This document shows positions 19,108 to 30,268 of a stretch of DNA of 64,000 bases, piece by piece. Location of the stretch: contig CAVPOC010000008.1 of NCBI GenBank assembly GCA_963706955.1, positions 256,001-320,000 of the forward strand. Direction: 5' to 3'. Position numbers and translations under genes: made by a program. A model generated the notes under the pieces. It was given only the letters and a program-made list of their open reading frames with translations, made no database searches and had not been told where the DNA came from. How positions within the stretch are numbered: position 1 is the stretch's first letter; each line of letters opens with the position of its first letter. The DNA comes from an uncultured Verrucomicrobiae bacterium. Lineage in GTDB: Bacteria > Verrucomicrobiota > Verrucomicrobiia > Chthoniobacterales > Terrimicrobiaceae.

Positions 19108-20693
19108 GCGTAGTAATGCCAGTTCAAATTGGGGAAGAGATTGTCCCTCTCCTCACAAGCAGAGAGGAATCCATCATCGCGACGGTCGCTGCTGGCTAGC
19201 TCGTAAAGTTTCGTGAAACGCAGGATGTGGTCGCGGGTGCGCTTTTCCGCATACTCGCGTGCGGTGCCAGTCTTCATGAGAAACGCCCAATCACTCGACT
19301 GGGCCAAAAGAAGTTCGCGGGCCATTTGTCTAAGAAGTCGATCAAAATACTTCGACTGCGTGTTGGCGAACTTGCAAGCCATTTCCGTCATTCTGGCCGC
19401 GCCCGCATGCAGGTGCGGGTAGATCCATGAGTTGCAGGGGTCGAGCCAAACTTCCCAGTACCCCTTGTTGCCCCAGCTCGATGATGAGGGGCTGACCATT
19501 TGCAAAGTTGGATGATTAAACAAATAGCTGGTCGGAGTCGTCAGATGAAACGCCTTTTGGTCGAACGCGGCCTTCCGCAGGAACAGGTCCAAAAACTCTG
19601 GACCCTCAAACCACCAATGTCCAAAGAGCTCTGCATCGAAAGGGCTCAGCACGATTGGTTCGACCGGCAGCATTTGATGCAACTGTTCGATTTGCTGGAC
19701 CCGGCTTTGCAGGAAATGGCTAGCATGTGCCTCGACTGCGCCCATGGCCCAATCCCGCCGATAGTGCTCCTTGTTTTCGCTGCCGGTGATCCGATGATAC
19801 TTGATTCCCGAATAACGACGGTGACCGACGTCCGGATAGACGCCGGCGAGGTACTCCTCCGATAATTCCCTGCCAATATCGCGATAGAAATCGCGATAGG
19901 CCGGATCGCCCGGATAGCCCTCGCGGGCACTCCAAACCTGCTTGCTAGATTCGCGATCACGCGCAAATACTGCCGGACCCGCAGGAGTGTAGTACGGCGA
20001 AAAGATGGCAAAACGGGGACGGGGCTCGCCAAACATCAATCCGTGAGCATCCAACACAGTCCAACGCAGGTTGGCATCCTGGAGTATCTTGCCGACCGCC
20101 GGAACGTAACCACACTCGGGCAACCAAATCCCGACCGGGTCCCGCCCAAAGCATTCGCGATATTCGTCGCGCCCTATGAAAATCTGCGCCTTCATTGCCT
20201 CGGGACAAAACTCCATCAGAGGAAGAAACCCATGGGTGGCCGCGCAGGTGATGATCTCGAGGAGGCCATCTTCCTGAAGTTGGGCAAACGCCCCGACAAC
20301 ATCCCGTCCAATTTGATTGAGGTAGAAGTCGCGCGCGGAAAGGAACCGCTCGGAATAGAAATGCGCCAATTGATTGAGCGACGAGTCATTCGCTGTTCTG
20401 TCGATTTCTCGGCGGGAAAGCTCGATGACACGGTCGAGGTAGCGCTCGGTGCGATGCTGGAGAAGCGGGTCCCGCAGCATGGCACAAAGCGTCGGAGTCA
20501 TCGTCAGAGTGACTCGGATGGGAACGCGCTCCGAAGCGAGGCGTCGAAAAATCTGCAGCAACGGGATGTAGGTCTCGACAACACCTTCAAAGAGCCAATC
20601 CTCCTCATGAAACTCGTCATGCTCAGGATGTCGAACGAAGGGGAGATGCGCGTGGAGGAGGAGAGCCAGTGAACCCGAATACTTGGTCACCAT
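19104..20693 (-). CDS. GH57 1,4-alpha-glucan branching enzyme (DUF1957 C-terminus)
   Basis: HAHLP, WLPECG (nucleophile), PFDAELFGHWW (acid/base) and AQSSDWAF motifs. Confidence 0.93.
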   Translation of the reverse strand: MVTKYSGSLALLLHAHLPFVRHPEHDEFHEEDWLFEGVVETYIPLLQIFRRLASERVPIRVTLTMTPTLCAMLRDPLLQHRTERYLDRVIELSRREIDRTANDSSLNQLAHFYSERFLSARDFYLNQIGRDVVGAFAQLQEDGLLEIITCAATHGFLPLMEFCPEAMKAQIFIGRDEYRECFGRDPVGIWLPECGYVPAVGKILQDANLRWTVLDAHGLMFGEPRPRFAIFSPYYTPAGPAVFARDRESSKQVWSAREGYPGDPAYRDFYRDIGRELSEEYLAGVYPDVGHRRYSGIKYHRITGSENKEHYRRDWAMGAVEAHASHFLQSRVQQIEQLHQMLPVEPIVLSPFDAELFGHWWFEGPEFLDLFLRKAAFDQKAFHLTTPTSYLFNHPTLQMVSPSSSSWGNKGYWEVWLDPCNSWIYPHLHAGAARMTEMACKFANTQSKYFDRLLRQMARELLLAQSSDWAFLMKTGTAREYAEKRTRDHILRFTKLYELASSDRRDDGFLSACEERDNLFPNLNWHYYA

Positions 20694-21017
20694 GCCCCAG
20701 CCTAGTTCAGGCGCAAGCTGTCGGACAAGATTGATTTAGCGCAGCGCGCGCGCAATTCTCTCCGCAGTGAAATTCGCGTCACTCGTTTTCCGTTTTCCCG
20801 CCGCTGATTTGGAACTGTCAGTGCAGGACGTTCTTTACCTTCTGAGCCTGGCCGGCTTCGCGGTCGCGCGGAATGTGCGCGGGCAGATTGCATTTCCAGG
20901 AAATGATCCGGCTAGACGCCGGCCGAGCTTCCAAATCCAAAAGGGGCATCTGGACACGGCGAGCGCGCTTCTTTCAAGCGTCCGCGGTATTCTCCCTGCA
21001 AAGGCACTTCTTCTATC

Positions 21018-22088
21018 ATGAAAGCTTCGCAAACTTCGGCTCGACGACGTGCTCAGACGACGCGGACACCTGGCACGACTCTTCTCAGTCCGGAAGGCCG
21101 CTATCTGGTGACCGGAGCTGCCGGCTTCATCGGAAGTGCTCTCGTTCACGGCCTGAATCGTCGCGGTATTACGCGCATCATCGTTACCGACCATCTTGGA
21201 AGTGACCAAAAGTGGCGCAACCTGGCTCCTTTGAGGTTTGAAGATTACGTGGCTGCAGACAGGCTCTGGCACGATCTGGCCGGAAATTCCCGATCACATG
21301 GAAAGTTCGACGCCTGCTTTCACCTGGGCGCTTGCTCGTCCACGACGGTGACGGATGCGACCTATGTGATGGAGAATAATTTTGGATATACCAAAAGTCT
21401 CTGCCGTTGGGCTTTGGCCACCGGCACGCGATTTGTCTATGCCTCGTCGGCGGCGACCTACGGCGATGGGGCCGCCGGGATGGACGACAAGAACGAGGAT
21501 CTTCGGACCTTTCGTCCCCTCAACCTTTATGGATACTCGAAACATCTTTTCGATCTGTTCGCGCAAGAGCAGGGACTACTCTCCAGGATCGTGGGACTTA
21601 AGTATTTCAACGTCTTTGGTCCAAACGAATATCACAAGGGAGAGATGCGCAGCCTCGTCTGCAAAGCTTATGATCAGATCGTTTCGACCGGCAGGATTCG
21701 CCTTTTCAAGAGTTACAAGCCCGAGTATCCGGACGGCGGCCAGATGCGCGACTTTGTCTATGTCAAGGATGCCGTGGAGATGACACTGCATCTTGCCGAG
21801 ACGCGAGCTGCCGCGGGCCTTTACAATATCGGAGCCGGCGTCGCTCGCACATGGCTCGACCTGGCCAATGCCCTCTTTGATGCTTTGACGATCGCTCCCG
21901 AAATTGATTTCATCGAGATGCCGGAAAGCATAAAAAATCAGTACCAATATTATACTTGCGCCGACATATCTAAGCTGCGCTCCACCGGATACACTCCGGC
22001 TACCACTTCTCTGGAGGAGGCGATCAAGGATTATGCTGTCAATTATCTAAGGCTTGGCAGGAGGCTGGGCGATCCGATCGGCCCGTGA
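21018..22088 (+). CDS. hldD: ADP-L-glycero-D-manno-heptose 6-epimerase
   Basis: VTGAAGFIGS, HLGACSSTT, YASSAATYG, PLNLYGYSK, YFNVFGPNEYHKG and RDFVYVKD motifs. Confidence 0.93.
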   Translation: MKASQTSARRRAQTTRTPGTTLLSPEGRYLVTGAAGFIGSALVHGLNRRGITRIIVTDHLGSDQKWRNLAPLRFEDYVAADRLWHDLAGNSRSHGKFDACFHLGACSSTTVTDATYVMENNFGYTKSLCRWALATGTRFVYASSAATYGDGAAGMDDKNEDLRTFRPLNLYGYSKHLFDLFAQEQGLLSRIVGLKYFNVFGPNEYHKGEMRSLVCKAYDQIVSTGRIRLFKSYKPEYPDGGQMRDFVYVKDAVEMTLHLAETRAAAGLYNIGAGVARTWLDLANALFDALTIAPEIDFIEMPESIKNQYQYYTCADISKLRSTGYTPATTSLEEAIKDYAVNYLRLGRRLGDPIGP

Positions 22089-22089
22089 A

Positions 22090-23790
22090 TCACAGACCTT
22101 CCGCAGGCTTAGTTGACGGGAAGTTTCGCCCTTGCAGAATTGCTTCGACCAGCTGGGCGGCGAGCGGCTCAGTCACTTTGTCAAGTTCGCTCAAGGTCTT
22201 TCTTAGTTTTTCCAGCCAATGAGCAGCTCGTGCTTCATGAATCTGCGCGACCAGAATGAGAATTTCCTGCCGCTGCTCTCCGGTGACTTCGTTCCCAAGC
22301 CGTTCGAGCGCGGTCTCGACCGCTGGCAGCATTTCGTCGGCCTTTAAGCATGCCTCGGCAAACGCCCGCTCATTCATATCCTCGAAGGCATGCTCGAGCG
22401 ATTCGGAGAGCATCTTCTCGACCGCTTCATCGCTCACTTCCACCGCACTTTTCATGCTGACCTTAGTATCACGTCCGGTGGCGATGTCTCGCGCCAGAAC
22501 GCTCAGTAGCCCATTGGCGTCGATTTCGAACTGGACACCAACGCGGGCTTGGCCACGCGGTGCAGGGGCAAAGGCAATTTCAAATTCTCCCAACTTCCAG
22601 TTGTCTCCAGCCATCTCTCGCTCGCCCTGGAGAACCGCGATCCGCATCGAAGCCTGGTTGGCCGCAGCATTAGTGAACATTTCACCAGCCTTGCAGGGAA
22701 TCGTCGTGTTTCGCGGGATAAGCACATTCATAAGCCCTCCCACAGTTTCAATCCCCAACGAAAGAGGAGTCACGTCCAGAAGGGTCACGTTGCGAACTGC
22801 CCCTTGGAGGATGCCCGCCTGAATCGCCGCTCCCACGGCGATTGCCTCATCGGGGTGCTGGCTGGTATTAGGCTGCTTGCCAAAGATCTCCTGCACAAAA
22901 TCTCGGACCAAAGGCATCCGGGTTGCTCCTCCGGCAAGAATCACCTCATCGAGGTCTTCGGATTTTAGCCCGGCATCTTGCAGCGATCGAAGACAATGCA
23001 GCCGCGTTCGCTCGATGATCGGACGACAGATCGATTCGAACAGCGCCGGAGAAATCGAAAACTCGTGACGTGCGGGTTCTGAGAATTCCCTCTTGATGGC
23101 TTCCGCTGCCGTTCGGCTGACTCCGCATCGCTCGGCAAGGGCGGCGTCGATATCATCCCCGCCAAGGTGCGTGTCGCCGTTCGTGGCCAGGACCTCGAAA
23201 ACTCGCCCACTGAGCTCCAGCACGGAAACGTCAAAGGTTCCGCCACCCAGATCATAGACCGCCACTTTCGCGTGTTCCGTCAGGCGGTCTAAGCCGTAGG
23301 CAAGCGCGGCCGCCGTCGGCTCGGCCAGGAGCCGTTCGACGACGAACCCCGCGGCTTCCCCGGCTCTCTTAGTAGCGGCGCGCTGCGCGTCATTGAAATA
23401 AGCAGGCACGGTAATCACGGCGCGCTCAACAGAGGTGCCAAGCGCTCGCTCCGCGTCCCGCTTTAGCTTTCGTAGAATTGCCGCGGAGACCTCCTCGGGC
23501 GAAACAATCCTGCCGCCGGCGAGTAAGCGAACGGGATCTCCGGGCGCTCCAACGCCTCTTCCAGCACATTCGCTCTCGCCGATCTTTCGACCCATTAGTC
23601 GCTTGACCGAGAAAATCGCCTCCTCAAATTCCAACGCAGCATACCCGACAATCGGATCGCCGCCCTGCGGAAAATAGACTACCGATGGCGTTAATCTTCT
23701 TCCGAGCTCGTCGGGAAATAAGATCGGGAATCCGGCGTCGATCGCTCCAATCAGGGAGTTGGTCGTGCCCAAGTCGATGCCAACAATCAT
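22090..23790 (-). CDS. Hsp70-family chaperone, compact HscA-like
   Basis: [31 protein letters not shown] and [11 protein letters not shown] motifs. 566 aa with deletions in the nucleotide-binding domain. Confidence 0.9.
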   Translation of the reverse strand: MIVGIDLGTTNSLIGAIDAGFPILFPDELGRRLTPSVVYFPQGGDPIVGYAALEFEEAIFSVKRLMGRKIGESECAGRGVGAPGDPVRLLAGGRIVSPEEVSAAILRKLKRDAERALGTSVERAVITVPAYFNDAQRAATKRAGEAAGFVVERLLAEPTAAALAYGLDRLTEHAKVAVYDLGGGTFDVSVLELSGRVFEVLATNGDTHLGGDDIDAALAERCGVSRTAAEAIKREFSEPARHEFSISPALFESICRPIIERTRLHCLRSLQDAGLKSEDLDEVILAGGATRMPLVRDFVQEIFGKQPNTSQHPDEAIAVGAAIQAGILQGAVRNVTLLDVTPLSLGIETVGGLMNVLIPRNTTIPCKAGEMFTNAAANQASMRIAVLQGEREMAGDNWKLGEFEIAFAPAPRGQARVGVQFEIDANGLLSVLARDIATGRDTKVSMKSAVEVSDEAVEKMLSESLEHAFEDMNERAFAEACLKADEMLPAVETALERLGNEVTGEQRQEILILVAQIHEARAAHWLEKLRKTLSELDKVTEPLAAQLVEAILQGRNFPSTKPAEGL

Positions 23791-24004
23791 CAAGACATTC
23801 TCCTGCGTTGCGGGATGAATTTCACGAGAAAACAAAAAGCCGGGGACCGACAGCGGCGCTCGCCACCCATTTGTTTCACGCGATACCTCGATGGCCATTC
23901 TGCTCGGTGGGACGACCGCGAGATCCGCATGCAGTCGATGACAAACGCTTCTACTATGGGCATGACCATCGGACGCGAAAAATGTAATGTGCGGACGCGT
24001 GAGG

Positions 24005-24751
24005 ATGAATTATCCCGATGGGAAACGCCTGTTGGCGGCACTCCGCGACGGCGATTTCGCACACGCGGGAGAGGAAGCAGCCGTGCGCATGACATGGGAA
24101 CGCCTGCCAAAGCGCCCAGATCAATCCTGCCTCGACGCCGGATGTGGCCGCGGTGGAACTGCCGCTCTCGTGCAATCCGAACGATGGGGTCAAGTCCTGG
24201 GACTGGACATTGATTCGGAGACAATTTCTTTCGCACAGACCGCTTACCCGAGCGTCAAGTTCGTCGCGGCTGACATCGCCCGCGCCGGGGAACTCTTTCC
24301 GGCCCAATTCGACATCATCTATGCATTCAACGCTTTCTATGCATTTCCGGACCAGCAGGCTGCGCTCGGCGCGCTACGCCTCGCCGCGAAGCCTAAAGCC
24401 ATTCTCTGCCTTTTTGATTACCTTGACCGAGGAGGATTCACCGAAACACGCTTTGCGGGAAAACCTGAAACGCATCTCTGGCATCCGCTTTCTTTGAAAT
24501 CATTGCCGTCAGAGCTCGATGTCGCCGGATGGAGTTTGGGAGAGTGGATGGACGTCAGCGGGCATTATGACACCTGGTATAGCGAGTTGGTCAACAAGTT
24601 CACTGCGCGGCGCCAATACCTCCGCGAGCGCTTCGCCTCAGAACTGGTTGCCTATGCCGAGGACTACTATTCCTCCCTCCTCGAGGCGATCACAGCCGGC
24701 GCCTTGGGAGGCGTTATCGTTTACGCTCATGCCAACTCGCGCGGCGCTTGA
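24005..24751 (+). CDS. Class I SAM-dependent methyltransferase
   Basis: LDAGCGRGG motif I, GLDID, FDIIY. Alternative start at 23987. Confidence 0.88.
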   Translation: MNYPDGKRLLAALRDGDFAHAGEEAAVRMTWERLPKRPDQSCLDAGCGRGGTAALVQSERWGQVLGLDIDSETISFAQTAYPSVKFVAADIARAGELFPAQFDIIYAFNAFYAFPDQQAALGALRLAAKPKAILCLFDYLDRGGFTETRFAGKPETHLWHPLSLKSLPSELDVAGWSLGEWMDVSGHYDTWYSELVNKFTARRQYLRERFASELVAYAEDYYSSLLEAITAGALGGVIVYAHANSRGA

Positions 24752-24920
24752 ACGACGCGATTGCTGGAGCGGTTCGCAAGAGCAATTTTCCAAGAACGTA
24801 ACATGTCGTCGCAGCGAGCGTCGCGCTCTCAATAGCAACCATGTCCACGGTCATGGCCAGCCATGCGGCCAGAGGGACGTCGCCTCTGCAGGATGCCCGG
24901 AAGTCGTGGAGGAGAACCGG

Positions 24921-26852
24921 CTATGGTAGCGCATCGTCGGAAGAATTCGGTCGCCCGTCCTCGCCCACCGATTTCTGGAGAATTCCGTCCGACAAACTTT
25001 CGGGAAGTCCGGCGAGTAATTTTTGCGCGAGGCGGTAGCTGGAATCGTCGCAATTTCGTCGGACGGCACGAACCCACTCCGCGATGCGAAGCTGGGAGGA
25101 GCGACAGAAGTAGTCGGCAAGGTCCGCGGCGCTGGTCGCTCCGGGATCGGAACGTCCGATCATCGCCTGAACGCGCGCGAGCGTAGCCGACATCGCGAAG
25201 AGCTCGGCACCAGCATCCACAAAGCGAGCCAGGAGAAGTTGACGCTTTTCCAAACTGGGACCGTAAACGACCATCTGATGAAACAATCTTCGCGCAAGTT
25301 GACGGGCCGTCGCCTCGCACCAGCGCACATGTCCCGCGAGTCGGCGATCAAATGTGTCCGCGCTGGCTCTTGGAAGAAACGTGGATGCGTACCACGCCGC
25401 ATAGAACTTTGCGGCGCGCAGGCCAGCGGCACCGCGCAGCGGCAGAGATAACCGGCTGTCGAGCACCGGTGCGCTAATTTTTAGATGCGGGTCAAGGGCC
25501 TCTCGGGCGATGAACAGGCGCATGATTTCGCTCGACCCCTCAAAGATCGTATTGATGCGACTGTCGCGAACAATGCGCTCCACCGGATCTGGTGATTCGC
25601 CACGTTGAGCCAATGAACGGGCAGTCTCATAGCCACGCCCACCGCGAATCTGCATTGTGTCGTTCGCGATTTTCCAAGCCCATTCGCTCGCGAGCATCTT
25701 GCAGATGGCCGATTCCAGACGGAAATCCGATTTCGCTCGGTCGACCAGCGCGGCAGTGAGCAGGGTCATCGATTCCATGGCAAATGTCTCCGCGGCCATG
25801 TCCGCGAGTTTGCTCGCGATGGCCGCGTGCTCTCCGATCGGTTTCCCCCACTGAACTCGCTCCTTCGCCCACCGTCTGCTGATCTCCAGACATCGTTTAG
25901 CAAGTCCGACACAGGCGGCGGGCAGGGTCAGTCGCCCAGTATTCAAGGTGCTCAACGCCACCCGCAAGCCCTTGCCTTCGGCAAGAAGAACGTTTTCGCG
26001 AGGCACTCGAACATCATGAAATTCAATCACCGCATTGTAGAGAGCCCGCAATCCCATGAAGCGGCAACGCTGGATGATCTCGACGCCGTGCCAGCTGGTT
26101 TCGACAATGAAGGCGGTGATCTGGTCCTTGCTGCGCCCGCGGACGACTTTAGGGGGCGTCTTGGCCATGACGATGATGACACCTGCGCGCGTGCCATTTG
26201 TGCACCACATCTTGCAGCCGTTCAAAGTAAACGAACCATCCCTGTTCAGCTCCGCGCGCGTCTCCATGCGAGCGGGATCGGAGCCGACGCTCGGCTCGGT
26301 CAGGGCGAAGGCGGAGATTTCTCCCTTTGCCAGTCGAGGCAAGTATTTCTGGCGTTGTTGTTCAGTTCCGAAGAGCAGCAGCGGCTGAGGAACTCCGATC
26401 GACTGATGAGCACTCAGCAGCGCGGTCATGTTACCGCACCAACTTCCCAACAACATGGCCGCACGGCAGTAGTTCGTCTGGGAAAGACCTAATCCACCAT
26501 ACTTGACGGGGATCTTGATGCCAAATGCGCCCAGCCGGGCGAGACCTTCAATGACGGCGTCCGGGATTTCCCCGCTCTCATCGATTTCGTCGGGATTCGT
26601 GCTATCGCGGAGAAACTCCTCCAATCTGCAGAGAAAAGCATCACCTTGGTCTCGATCCTCGGTGGTCTGCTGGGGAAACGGAGTTATCTGAGACAAATCA
26701 TAGCGCCCCAGGAATAAGCCACCAGCGAAAGTTGTTTCCAGAGAAGCCGCCTCGCGCGCAGCCTCAGTAATCTCCAAGGCGGCACGCTCACCTTGAGACA
26801 TACGCGACGTATCGATCAAGGAATCACGTTCGTCTCGAGAGGCATTGCTCAT
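24921..26852 (-). CDS. Acyl-CoA dehydrogenase (long, VLCAD/FadE-like)
   Basis: FALTEPSVGSD, LNGCKMWCTNG, LNTGR, GGRGY and IFEGSSEI motifs. Confidence 0.93.
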   Translation of the reverse strand: MSNASRDERDSLIDTSRMSQGERAALEITEAAREAASLETTFAGGLFLGRYDLSQITPFPQQTTEDRDQGDAFLCRLEEFLRDSTNPDEIDESGEIPDAVIEGLARLGAFGIKIPVKYGGLGLSQTNYCRAAMLLGSWCGNMTALLSAHQSIGVPQPLLLFGTEQQRQKYLPRLAKGEISAFALTEPSVGSDPARMETRAELNRDGSFTLNGCKMWCTNGTRAGVIIVMAKTPPKVVRGRSKDQITAFIVETSWHGVEIIQRCRFMGLRALYNAVIEFHDVRVPRENVLLAEGKGLRVALSTLNTGRLTLPAACVGLAKRCLEISRRWAKERVQWGKPIGEHAAIASKLADMAAETFAMESMTLLTAALVDRAKSDFRLESAICKMLASEWAWKIANDTMQIRGGRGYETARSLAQRGESPDPVERIVRDSRINTIFEGSSEIMRLFIAREALDPHLKISAPVLDSRLSLPLRGAAGLRAAKFYAAWYASTFLPRASADTFDRRLAGHVRWCEATARQLARRLFHQMVVYGPSLEKRQLLLARFVDAGAELFAMSATLARVQAMIGRSDPGATSAADLADYFCRSSQLRIAEWVRAVRRNCDDSSYRLAQKLLAGLPESLSDGILQKSVGEDGRPNSSDDALP

Positions 26853-26867
26853 GATTGCGAGAGACTT

Positions 26868-29027
26868 CTAACCTTTTGAAACGGGAGAACTCTCGGTGCC
26901 GTAAAACCTCTTCTGTTGGCGTGTCATCTCGATGAGCAGATCGCAGGGAGCAAACTGGCGTTCCCTCGTCTTGGTGAGTCGTTCAAGAGTTTCAGTGACC
27001 TTGGCGATGCCAACGCTGTCTGCATAGCGCAACGGACCGCCTCGAAAAGGAGCGAAGCCCGTGCCCATAATCATCGCAAAATCGACATCTCTCGGATCCT
27101 CGACGACACGTTCTTCGAGGCATCTGGCAGCTTCGTTAATCATCAGGAACACCATCCGTTCTTGGAGCTGTTCACGGGTCAGGCTTGCCTTGTCGTCAGC
27201 CTCTCGAAGATCGATGGCAAGGCGATTCACCCCGGCAACACGGCCGTTTTGATACTCGTAGAATCCTCTTTCGGTCTTCTTTCCTTTGATGTTGGCCGCG
27301 AGCAATTGGGCAAAAAGACCCGGCGTATGCATGCGGTCCGGAAACGCTCGACAGAGTGTCTCTCCGACATCGGCGGCCACGTCCAGGCCGACCTCGTCGA
27401 GGAGGCGGAGTGGTCCCATGGGCATTCCGAAGTCGAGCATGCTCTCGTCAAGCGCCTCAACATGCGCGCCCGCGACAAACAGGCGCACCGCTTCCAACAA
27501 ATAGGGCAAAAGGATGCGGTTGACGAGAAAACCGGGTCGGTCCTTGACCACGACGGGAAGTTTGCCGATGCGTTGGACGAAAGCCACCGCGGTATCGACT
27601 GCGAAATCCGAGGTCAGCTCACCTCGGGCAATTTCAACGAGCTTCATCCGGTGCACCGGGTTGAAGAAGTGCAGCCCGACAACGCGTGCAGGGTCGCGCA
27701 AGCCACGACTAATCTCGGTCACCGAGAGCGCGGACGTGTTTGTCGCCAGGATCGTGTCAGAGCGAACGCGCTCTTCGAGATCAGCGAAGATGGCTTTCTT
27801 GACCTGCATATTCTCGGAAGCCGCCTCGACAACCAGATCGATTGACTTCATCGGCGCCGCAATCTCCGCGGGAAAGATCCGGTCCATTCCGGCGCGCGCC
27901 TCGGAACGGGAGAGTATTCGGCGCCGTCTCGCCTCGGCGAAGAGCTTTTCCGCACGCTGCAGCCCCTGGGCGAGTGGCTCAGGACCCACGTCGCTCAGCA
28001 AGACCGCCTTGCCGCGCGCGGCAAACCACTGGGCAATCCCCGCTCCCATGACTCCTGAACCGATCACCGCCGTCTTCTCGATGGATGCTGCCTTCGGAGA
28101 CGGCAGGTGCTTCGCTCGATCCTGGAGAAAGAAGACCCGAATAAGATTACTCGAGACGTCGCCGGCGGCGAGGGCGAGAATGGCTTTCTTTTCGGAGGCA
28201 AGCGACTGCGGGATGCTGCGAACAACCGCCTTTGTCACGACATCAATCGCCCGGAGAGCGGCGGGATAGTGTCCGCGCGTTTTCTTCAACACGGACTTTC
28301 TCGCCACCGCGGCCACAGCCTGCCATGCGGGAATCCATACCAGATGGCGGAAGCTGCGGCGCGGCTTTCCTTTATTGACAAAGAGCTTGGCCAGGAGAGT
28401 CAAACGTTCCCGGGGAGCGATTGCGTCCACGAGGCCAAGCTTCCGCGCCTTCGAGCTCGGCATCAAGTCCCCGCCGAGAATCACCTTTAGAGCTCGCGGC
28501 AGGCCGATCAAGCGCGGTAGCCGGGTTGACCCTCCCCATGCCGGAATCAGACCAAGATTAGTCTCGGGAAGACCGATCTTGGTGACGTGGGCGTCACTGG
28601 CCACGCGATAGTCGCAGGCGAGGGACATCTCGAAGCCTCCGCCGGCACACGCCCCGTGAATGGCGGCGACGGTCACACAGCGAAGAGCCGCTATTCTGGT
28701 AAAAATCTGCTGCCCGAGCTCGACCAGGCCGGCGCGATCTTGCGTCCCGGCGAGCTCTCTCAAATCGGCACCTGCGATAAAGACTGCGGGCTTGGAACTC
28801 AGGAAGATAACGCCGCGCAGCGATCGTCGACCCAAGTCGTTCACGATCGCTGCCAAGTGACCAAGGGTCGCTGTGTCGAACACGTTCACCGAGCTGCCTA
28901 GGCGATCGAATCGGACGAGAGCGATCCCATCTTCATCCGTCTCCAGCAGCACCGAAGGTGTTACCTCTGCTGGACCAGATTGCTCGACGCGCGTCGTAGC
29001 TTCGGCAACGCTGGCATTCATGGGCAT
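26868..29027 (-). CDS. Fatty-acid oxidation complex alpha subunit (enoyl-CoA hydratase / 3-hydroxyacyl-CoA dehydrogenase, FadJ/FadB-like)
   Basis: FIAGAD, GGGFE, GLPE, GSGVMGAG, TNTS, HFFNP and GFLVNR motifs. Confidence 0.94.
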   Translation of the reverse strand: MPMNASVAEATTRVEQSGPAEVTPSVLLETDEDGIALVRFDRLGSSVNVFDTATLGHLAAIVNDLGRRSLRGVIFLSSKPAVFIAGADLRELAGTQDRAGLVELGQQIFTRIAALRCVTVAAIHGACAGGGFEMSLACDYRVASDAHVTKIGLPETNLGLIPAWGGSTRLPRLIGLPRALKVILGGDLMPSSKARKLGLVDAIAPRERLTLLAKLFVNKGKPRRSFRHLVWIPAWQAVAAVARKSVLKKTRGHYPAALRAIDVVTKAVVRSIPQSLASEKKAILALAAGDVSSNLIRVFFLQDRAKHLPSPKAASIEKTAVIGSGVMGAGIAQWFAARGKAVLLSDVGPEPLAQGLQRAEKLFAEARRRRILSRSEARAGMDRIFPAEIAAPMKSIDLVVEAASENMQVKKAIFADLEERVRSDTILATNTSALSVTEISRGLRDPARVVGLHFFNPVHRMKLVEIARGELTSDFAVDTAVAFVQRIGKLPVVVKDRPGFLVNRILLPYLLEAVRLFVAGAHVEALDESMLDFGMPMGPLRLLDEVGLDVAADVGETLCRAFPDRMHTPGLFAQLLAANIKGKKTERGFYEYQNGRVAGVNRLAIDLREADDKASLTREQLQERMVFLMINEAARCLEERVVEDPRDVDFAMIMGTGFAPFRGGPLRYADSVGIAKVTETLERLTKTRERQFAPCDLLIEMTRQQKRFYGTESSPVSKG

Positions 29028-30268
29028 TCAAGCCAGAGCGCCGCTCCTTGACCTCCTCCGACACACAAGGTGACCAGGGCCTTCTCGCCCCCGGTGCGTC
29101 GCAGTTGCTTCAGCGCTGTGAGAACCAGGCGCGCGCCGCTGGCACCCACTGGATGACCAAGCGCAATCGCACCCCCATTGACATTAAGCTTTTCGTCTGC
29201 AATTTCCCCGATCCCGATTGCCTTCAATTCACGTAAGACGGCGAGCACCTGCGCGGCAAAGGCCTCGTTGATCTCGACAAGATCGGCATCGCCAAGGCCC
29301 AGATGCAACCGCTTGAGTAGACGATCAACGGCATAGACCGGGCCAAGTCCCATGCGCTTAGGATCACATCCTGCATAAGCAAAGTCGCGGATGATGCCCA
29401 AAGGCTCGAGGTTCAGCTCGCGGGCGACCGACGTTGTTCCCACCAGCAACGCCACGGCTCCATCGGTAATCTGGGACGAATTTCCCGCCGTAACGGTCCC
29501 TGTCACCGGTTCAAATATTGGCCGCAGCTTGGCGAGTGCTTCCAGGGTTTGATTCGGTCGCACGCCGTTGTCGTGCAGGACGGCGGTTCCTCGCGAAGTG
29601 TCGTAGACCGGCACGATCTCCTCCGCCAGTCTCTCGGCAGCCGCACTGGCGCGCATGTGCGAACGCAAGGCGAAAAGGTCCTGCGCGCTCCGCTCGATCT
29701 CGAACTCACGCGCGAGAATTTCAGCGGTTTGTCCCATATTCAATTCGCACACCGGATCGGTCAGCCCCAACTTCAAGGCGGGTGTGGGAATCAGATCGCG
29801 TGGACGCAATCGCGCCGCGGCACGCGCCTTTTGCAAAAAGCCCTTTCCGCCCACAAGAGAGGCAAATTTAGCTCCCGCAGACTTTGGAAAAAGCAGCGGA
29901 ATACTCGACATACTTTCAACCCCTCCGACGAGGTAGAGATCTCCCTGACCGCAGCGGATGCGCAGCATCGCTTGGGTAATGGCCTCCGTCCCGGAAGCAC
30001 AATTTCTTTGCACGGTAACTGCAGGAACGTGATTCGGGACACCCGATCGCAACGCGGCGACTCGCGCCAAGTTTGGGGCATCTGCCGGCTGCGCCACGCA
30101 GCCAAAAATCACTTCATCGATCAGTGTCGGATCAATCCCCGTTCGCACCAAGACCCCAAGCATGGCGATACGCGCCAAATCCGCGGCGCCCAATCCGGCT
30201 AGGCTCGTGCCCAACTTGGCGAACGGCGTCCGCACGCCGGCGATAATCGCAATTTCCTCACTATTCAT
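29018..30268 (-). CDS. 3-ketoacyl-CoA thiolase (FadI/FadA-like)
   Basis: NCASG, NEAF, GHPVGASG and CVGGGQG motifs. Confidence 0.95.
   Translation of the reverse strand: MNSEEIAIIAGVRTPFAKLGTSLAGLGAADLARIAMLGVLVRTGIDPTLIDEVIFGCVAQPADAPNLARVAALRSGVPNHVPAVTVQRNCASGTEAITQAMLRIRCGQGDLYLVGGVESMSSIPLLFPKSAGAKFASLVGGKGFLQKARAAARLRPRDLIPTPALKLGLTDPVCELNMGQTAEILAREFEIERSAQDLFALRSHMRASAAAERLAEEIVPVYDTSRGTAVLHDNGVRPNQTLEALAKLRPIFEPVTGTVTAGNSSQITDGAVALLVGTTSVARELNLEPLGIIRDFAYAGCDPKRMGLGPVYAVDRLLKRLHLGLGDADLVEINEAFAAQVLAVLRELKAIGIGEIADEKLNVNGGAIALGHPVGASGARLVLTALKQLRRTGGEKALVTLCVGGGQGAALWLECP

Noticed and set aside
20702..21021. Small ORFs between the GH57 gene and hldD
   Set aside because: Arg/Ser-rich, no motifs; more likely a divergent promoter region.
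24921..24970. REP-derived tail of the acyl-CoA dehydrogenase (GGTAGCGCATCGTC)
   Set aside because: GTAG is present but no convincing hairpin follows it.
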